Assembly (NCBI GenBank): GCA_038870975.1
Contig: JAVZJD010000001.1
Location: 608,001 to 672,000, forward strand
Direction: 5' to 3'
Source: Candidatus Bathyarchaeia archaeon
Lineage (GTDB): Archaea > Thermoproteota > CALKCG01 > B24
Length of the DNA stretch: 64,000 nt
The position numbers and the translations under genes are program-made. The notes under the pieces were generated by a model. It was not told the origin of the DNA. It made no database searches and was given only the letters and a program-made list of their open reading frames with translations. This document shows positions 59,540 to 64,000 of the stretch, in pieces; the stretch's first letter is position 1, and every line of letters starts with the position of its first letter.

Positions 59540-60469
59540 GTGGAAATTAGAAAAGTTCAATTTAGTTCAGGTTCTCTTTTCATATCGCTTCCTAAACCTT
59601 GGGCTTCACGTCATGGTTTAAAGAAAGGCTCTCCTCTCTTCATAGAAGAGAGGGAGGATGGGGCTTTAGTCCTCCACCCGGTTGAAAAGATTAAAAATAC
59701 GTCTAAAAGTGTTCTAATTGAAATTTCTCCGGATGTTGAGAAGAAAATTACGAGCCGTTATTGGCTTGGATATGATTCAATTATCGTAAAATCTCCAAGT
59801 GGTAGAATAACATTGTCAGATAGAGAGAAGATTAAAAACTTAGTGAGGAGGCTCATAGGATTAGAGATAGTTGACGAATCTATATCGTCAATAGAACTTC
59901 AATGTTTTATAGAACCCGCTTCAGTTCCACCGGTAAAGGTACTGCGTAGAGAGCACTTGCTTACTTTGGCAATGCTTAAAGACCTTAAAGATGGTTTAAC
60001 TGACCATAGTCTGCTTGAATCAATAATAATCAGAGACGATGAAGTTGATAAACTATACTTCCTACTTGTACGTATCTTGAGAATGGCCATTCAAAACCCT
60101 TCATTGAGCAATAGGCTAGAAATTTCTCCATTAGACTGCATGGATTATCGTCTTGTGGCTTTTTTCATAGAGTCTCTAGCTGACTGCATAGTTTCGATTT
60201 CTGAGAAGCTTTTAGACGAGCGGAATTTTAACGGTACGACTGTTGAAAACGTCAAGACGGTGCTAGAAATTTTAACAGACGTATACGTGAAATCTATGGA
60301 GGCTTTTCTAGCCAAAGATTTCAAAAAGGCAGAACTTGCTAGAGCGGGGAAAGAGCAGTTCAATAATCTTATATCTTCCATCAGCTTGGGGAAAATGGGC
60401 TTCCTAATCCCCGAGCTCACAAGAATATGCAATATTTCTATCGATATCGCTGATCTAGTGATTCCTTAA
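59540..60469 (+). CDS. Phosphate uptake regulator (AbrB plus PhoU domains)
   Basis: RKVQ..SGS..ISLPK.W, DDEVDKLY and E.LAD. Confidence 0.88.
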   Translation: MEIRKVQFSSGSLFISLPKPWASRHGLKKGSPLFIEEREDGALVLHPVEKIKNTSKSVLIEISPDVEKKITSRYWLGYDSIIVKSPSGRITLSDREKIKNLVRRLIGLEIVDESISSIELQCFIEPASVPPVKVLRREHLLTLAMLKDLKDGLTDHSLLESIIIRDDEVDKLYFLLVRILRMAIQNPSLSNRLEISPLDCMDYRLVAFFIESLADCIVSISEKLLDERNFNGTTVENVKTVLEILTDVYVKSMEAFLAKDFKKAELARAGKEQFNNLISSISLGKMGFLIPELTRICNISIDIADLVIP

Positions 60470-60875
60470 CAATACCTAGGTATTCTCCACCGTCAATATC
60501 TATTTTTGAAAGCCCTCTAACGTATAAGACTGGTATTCTTAACTCCACCAATCGTCTCCTAAGGTTTAAATCGTTAGTAGCCACAGGAGTCTTCAATCTA
60601 CAAGCATACTGTTCTATTAGTGTATCTACTGGTTCTCCCCTGTCAATATCTACAATTTCCGCCTCAATTCTACTTAATAGTTGAATCGCAAGTCTAGCAT
60701 AATGGCTTCTCCTATCTGAGTCTGTGCTTAATCTAAGCATTTCCTCGTAGACTGGTTTTAAAACTACGAGCCTAACTCGTGAGTTCAACCTCTCTTCCAA
60801 CCTCTCAATAACGTCTATTCTTCTTCGGATGCATTCTAAAAGGAAGCTTGCATCTACAATCAGTTTGACGGTCAA
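60438..60875 (-). CDS. PIN-domain protein (Fcf1/Utp23-like), coupled to aIF2-gamma
   Basis: IVDASFL, VD and VATND..LRR; TTG start overlaps the aIF2-gamma TGA. Confidence 0.85.
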   Translation of the reverse strand: MTVKLIVDASFLLECIRRRIDVIERLEERLNSRVRLVVLKPVYEEMLRLSTDSDRRSHYARLAIQLLSRIEAEIVDIDRGEPVDTLIEQYACRLKTPVATNDLNLRRRLVELRIPVLYVRGLSKIDIDGGEYLGIVKESLDQRYR

Positions 60876-63800
60876 GTTATTACACCGTATCCTATTAGTC
60901 TCCACCTGTCATTTATTCTACGACTTATTGCGATTCTTTGACCCTTTGAAGCACACACTGGCTTCTTAAGCTCTACCGTGACGCGATTTTCTCTAACGTC
61001 TTTTACAGTGCCAAGTGTTACCGCTGTTAAAATGTTTAAAAGTAAGGGCTCCTTTAATTTTATCTTCTCCACTTTAAGTTGTTTTACAGCTCCGATTACC
61101 GTCTCAAAAAGTGAGACGTCTAATGTTATTTCACTAACTATGTCAGGTAGCATATCGGGCTTACCGACTACATTTCCAGCGAGGTTGTCGGCTTTGGTCA
61201 AACTCGGGTCTAGACTCGTACCTACACCTACCAATCCACCACATCTAGCCTCCTTAACATTTAAACCGCCATGTCTCAGTGAGACTATTCTCGTCATAAG
61301 AGGTTGAGCTATACTCCGGCCAGAGTTATCAGTTGATACTATCCCTGGGCGTATTTCAATTTCATCTCCAACTCTAAGCACACCCTGAACTATGGTCCCT
61401 CCAATCACTCCTCCAGAAAGCTCCGTAGCTCTTGTTCCAGGCTTGTTAATGTCGAACGATCTTACGACGTACATTAGCGGGGGTTTTAAGGGGTCTCGTT
61501 TAGGCGTAGGTATGTACTTCTCAATAGCCTCTATTAAGTAGTCTATATTAACTTTGTTCTGAGCAGATATGGGTATTATAGGGGCGTCTTCGGCTATTGT
61601 TCCTTTAACGAATTCCTTAATCTGCTGATAGTTTTTCAGGGCTTCTTGCGGCGTCACAAGTTCAATCTTGTTCTGAGCGATTACAATATTTTTGACACCA
61701 ACTATTTCTAAAGCAGCTAGATGCTCCTTTGTCTGAGGTTGAGGACACGGCTCGTTAGCGGCTATAACAAGTATGGCGCCATCCATGACGGCGGCTCCCG
61801 AAAGCATAGTTGCCATAAGTACTTCATGGCCAGGGGCGTCTACAAAGCTCACAACCCTAAGAAGTTCTGTCTTAGATCCACAGTTTGGACATGTCTGTTG
61901 AGTGGAGTAGCATTTTGGAGGTGGGCAGACTGGGCATTTGTAAAACCCTGCGTCGGCATATCCCAGTTTAATTGTGATACCTCTTTTTATCTCTTCACTA
62001 TGTCTACTTGTCCAAACGCCAGTTAAAGCCTCTACAAGCGTAGTATTATGACATATTATAGCTCCATCTCCGGCTACAAAGTTGGCGGTTTTCGGTACCA
62101 CTAGATCGATGACGTAACCTTTATAGTCTGACGAAGTTATTTCTGAAATTCTATCGAATAGGATGTCTGCGTCAAGTAGCATTCTAAAACGTTTAACAAA
62201 AGCCTTACACGAAGCCAAAGCGTCTTTTGTATATGAAACCAGGAAATCATAAACTAGGCGTACTGTTTTTGGGTCGTTTGAATTTAAAGCTCCTAGTAAT
62301 TTTTTCCTTGAAAGTCCTAATACTTCAGCCAACCTTTCCTGAGAGATTCCTAAAAGGAGTGCATGAGCCTTAAGCCTATCAGGCTCTAAGGTAAGTCCAT
62401 GAGAAGAGCGCTCTAAGATATTGAGTTGAAACTCTATATCTGATAGTAGTTCCCTTAGCTTTCCGTAGCTTAGTCTATGAGTTCTTTTACATGCTTCGTA
62501 GGCTTTATACCATGATGACCCTTTCATACGTAACTCATTTTTAGACTTATTAAAGTGTTCGCGCTTCAGACCTATGAGTGAACAGACTCTTGAGATTTCA
62601 TTATAGTCAACCTCTATAGAAAAGTTCGTTTCTTTAGACATATCATAAATTCTTCTAAGATACTCTTCAAGGTCATACTTTTTTCCATCCTCAAAACCTA
62701 TGTTATTTAAAAACCTTTTCAGGTTATCTCTGCCTGAGATCGATAACCTATGGTACTCTCTATGTCTTACTTTATCAAACTTTATGTTAAATCGGCTAAC
62801 TATGCCAAACCTAAGTAAGAGATAAGACAATATGATGACGTTATCTAAATTTGCTTGAGTAATTGATATCTGTCCAGATCTAGAGTTAAATTCTCCATCT
62901 AACGTAAAGAACCATCTTAAAAAAGTAGAAGCGTGTTCTTGCTTTAAACCAATAACCCACGACGGGATGGGTGAAGCTCTTTTATTCCCAGGTTTAAACC
63001 CAAATTTTAGCTTCAGGTAATCTATCAGAGGCTTACAATTGAGGTGGTAATTGATTTTTCCTGCGTGTTTAAATTCAACGCCAAACTTTTGCTTAGTTAT
63101 TTCTAGCACTTGTTTTAACATGGTCATCTGCTCCTTCTGAGCTATAGTTATTCTTCTATTAGAACTCGTTCCCTCAGACCATACGAATGCAAACCACTTT
63201 ACTAGGTCCTCATCTATTCCCTTTATATCTTTTAGAATCCTGTATTGGCATCCCCCTTTTCTCCTATAGGCGACCAAAAACTCGTCTTCTTTTAGAGTTG
63301 TTGGAGAAACAACCTTCAAGAGCTCGTTAAACTTCTCCTTAAAATTGTTATCGAAGTCTTTCTTCCCCTTAAAGACCTTGAGTACTTCGTCATAGCTCAA
63401 CCCCAGCTTCTTTGAAAGCTCTTTCATCGACATCCCAAGAAGAATTCTGAGCATTTCTAAGTCTTGAAGTGTAAGTCCATCTGTTCTCTTAAAATTCTCT
63501 GTAAGCTCCTTAAGTTTAAGGTAATCGACATATGTTACGATTTTGTAGTATTCTCTAAGATTCTCTATCACATCTGGAAATTCAAGTCTTTGACCATTTA
63601 GCTTCAATTCACGGGCAATAGCTATCTGTTCTCCTACCTTTAGCTCCATAGCTTTCACCCACTTCAATAAGCCCCGTCTATTGACTAAAAGGGGATGCGC
63701 TGGTGTTACACTGATCCTCCTTCCACTCGATGTACGTAAATGAATAATCTTACCGTTATAAGGTTGTAAATATACGTAGGCTTCGTTATCTGATAGCTTT

Positions 63801-64000
63801 AGCTCTTGGTCTAAACTCTTTACCATGCTCTCAGGAAGTTGATAGACGACGCAATCCTCCGACTGGCTTTGAAGCGTTAAACGTTTACCCTTAGCTTCAG
63901 CTATATCTTTAAGTTCATAACCCTTCATCAGATGTCCATTAAAAAGTATGACCTGGTCTAAACTCAAGCATTTGCCATGGTCGACGTGCCCGGCGGTGCC
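60872..64000 (-). CDS. eif2g: Translation initiation factor 2 gamma subunit, intein-containing (5' end outside the window)
   Basis: [10 protein letters not shown][intein][36 protein letters not shown] and RWRLIGYG. Confidence 0.95.
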   Translation of the reverse strand, partial: GTAGHVDHGKCLSLDQVILFNGHLMKGYELKDIAEAKGKRLTLQSQSEDCVVYQLPESMVKSLDQELKLSDNEAYVYLQPYNGKIIHLRTSSGRRISVTPAHPLLVNRRGLLKWVKAMELKVGEQIAIARELKLNGQRLEFPDVIENLREYYKIVTYVDYLKLKELTENFKRTDGLTLQDLEMLRILLGMSMKELSKKLGLSYDEVLKVFKGKKDFDNNFKEKFNELLKVVSPTTLKEDEFLVAYRRKGGCQYRILKDIKGIDEDLVKWFAFVWSEGTSSNRRITIAQKEQMTMLKQVLEITKQKFGVEFKHAGKINYHLNCKPLIDYLKLKFGFKPGNKRASPIPSWVIGLKQEHASTFLRWFFTLDGEFNSRSGQISITQANLDNVIILSYLLLRFGIVSRFNIKFDKVRHREYHRLSISGRDNLKRFLNNIGFEDGKKYDLEEYLRRIYDMSKETNFSIEVDYNEISRVCSLIGLKREHFNKSKNELRMKGSSWYKAYEACKRTHRLSYGKLRELLSDIEFQLNILERSSHGLTLEPDRLKAHALLLGISQERLAEVLGLSRKKLLGALNSNDPKTVRLVYDFLVSYTKDALASCKAFVKRFRMLLDADILFDRISEITSSDYKGYVIDLVVPKTANFVAGDGAIICHNTTLVEALTGVWTSRHSEEIKRGITIKLGYADAGFYKCPVCPPPKCYSTQQTCPNCGSKTELLRVVSFVDAPGHEVLMATMLSGAAVMDGAILVIAANEPCPQPQTKEHLAALEIVGVKNIVIAQNKIELVTPQEALKNYQQIKEFVKGTIAEDAPIIPISAQNKVNIDYLIEAIEKYIPTPKRDPLKPPLMYVVRSFDINKPGTRATELSGGVIGGTIVQGVLRVGDEIEIRPGIVSTDNSGRSIAQPLMTRIVSLRHGGLNVKEARCGGLVGVGTSLDPSLTKADNLAGNVVGKPDMLPDIVSEITLDVSLFETVIGAVKQLKVEKIKLKEPLLLNILTAVTLGTVKDVRENRVTVELKKPVCASKGQRIAISRRINDRWRLIGYGVIT
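62045..63970 (-). mobile_element. Intein (642 aa) with LAGLIDADG homing endonuclease and two HTH-like inserts
   Basis: Starts CLSLD after GK; block B TPAHP; LAGLIDADG-like FAFVWSEG and [10 protein letters not shown]; ends [12 protein letters not shown] followed by T. Confidence 0.95.

Overview
An archaeal chromosomal window of mostly housekeeping genes. The lineage is inferred to be TACK, most like Bathyarchaeia, from PolD, Elf1, CdvB, the Fwd operon, CofE and a ribophorin-I-like gene. It holds a Cdc6-linked replication origin with inverted ORB boxes, both PolD subunits, EF-2, aIF2-gamma with a 642-aa intein, a stand-alone 5S rRNA and two intron-containing tRNAs. The main finding is that two protein-coding genes, endonuclease Q (266-1577) and the essential elongation factor EF-2 (34194-36417), are each broken by a tiny out-of-frame insertion of 19 and 31 nt. 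Each insertion folds with its flanks into a textbook bulge-helix-bulge (BHB) motif. Cutting at the canonical tRNA-splicing-endonuclease positions restores both proteins exactly (YGK/YHWSGH and IR/NIGIIAHVDHGKTT). The two elements share a 5' AGGCUU start and a UA-NNNN-AA^N-UA target. This points to a family of tRNA-type mini-introns in mRNAs, beyond the known crenarchaeal cbf5 case. Secondary findings are DnaA-box-like repeats interleaved with the ORBs next to a wHTH gene, a switch-like 5' leader on a TRAM gene, and an HTH-rich intein in the aIF2-gamma P-loop. All calls are by eye; no searches were run.
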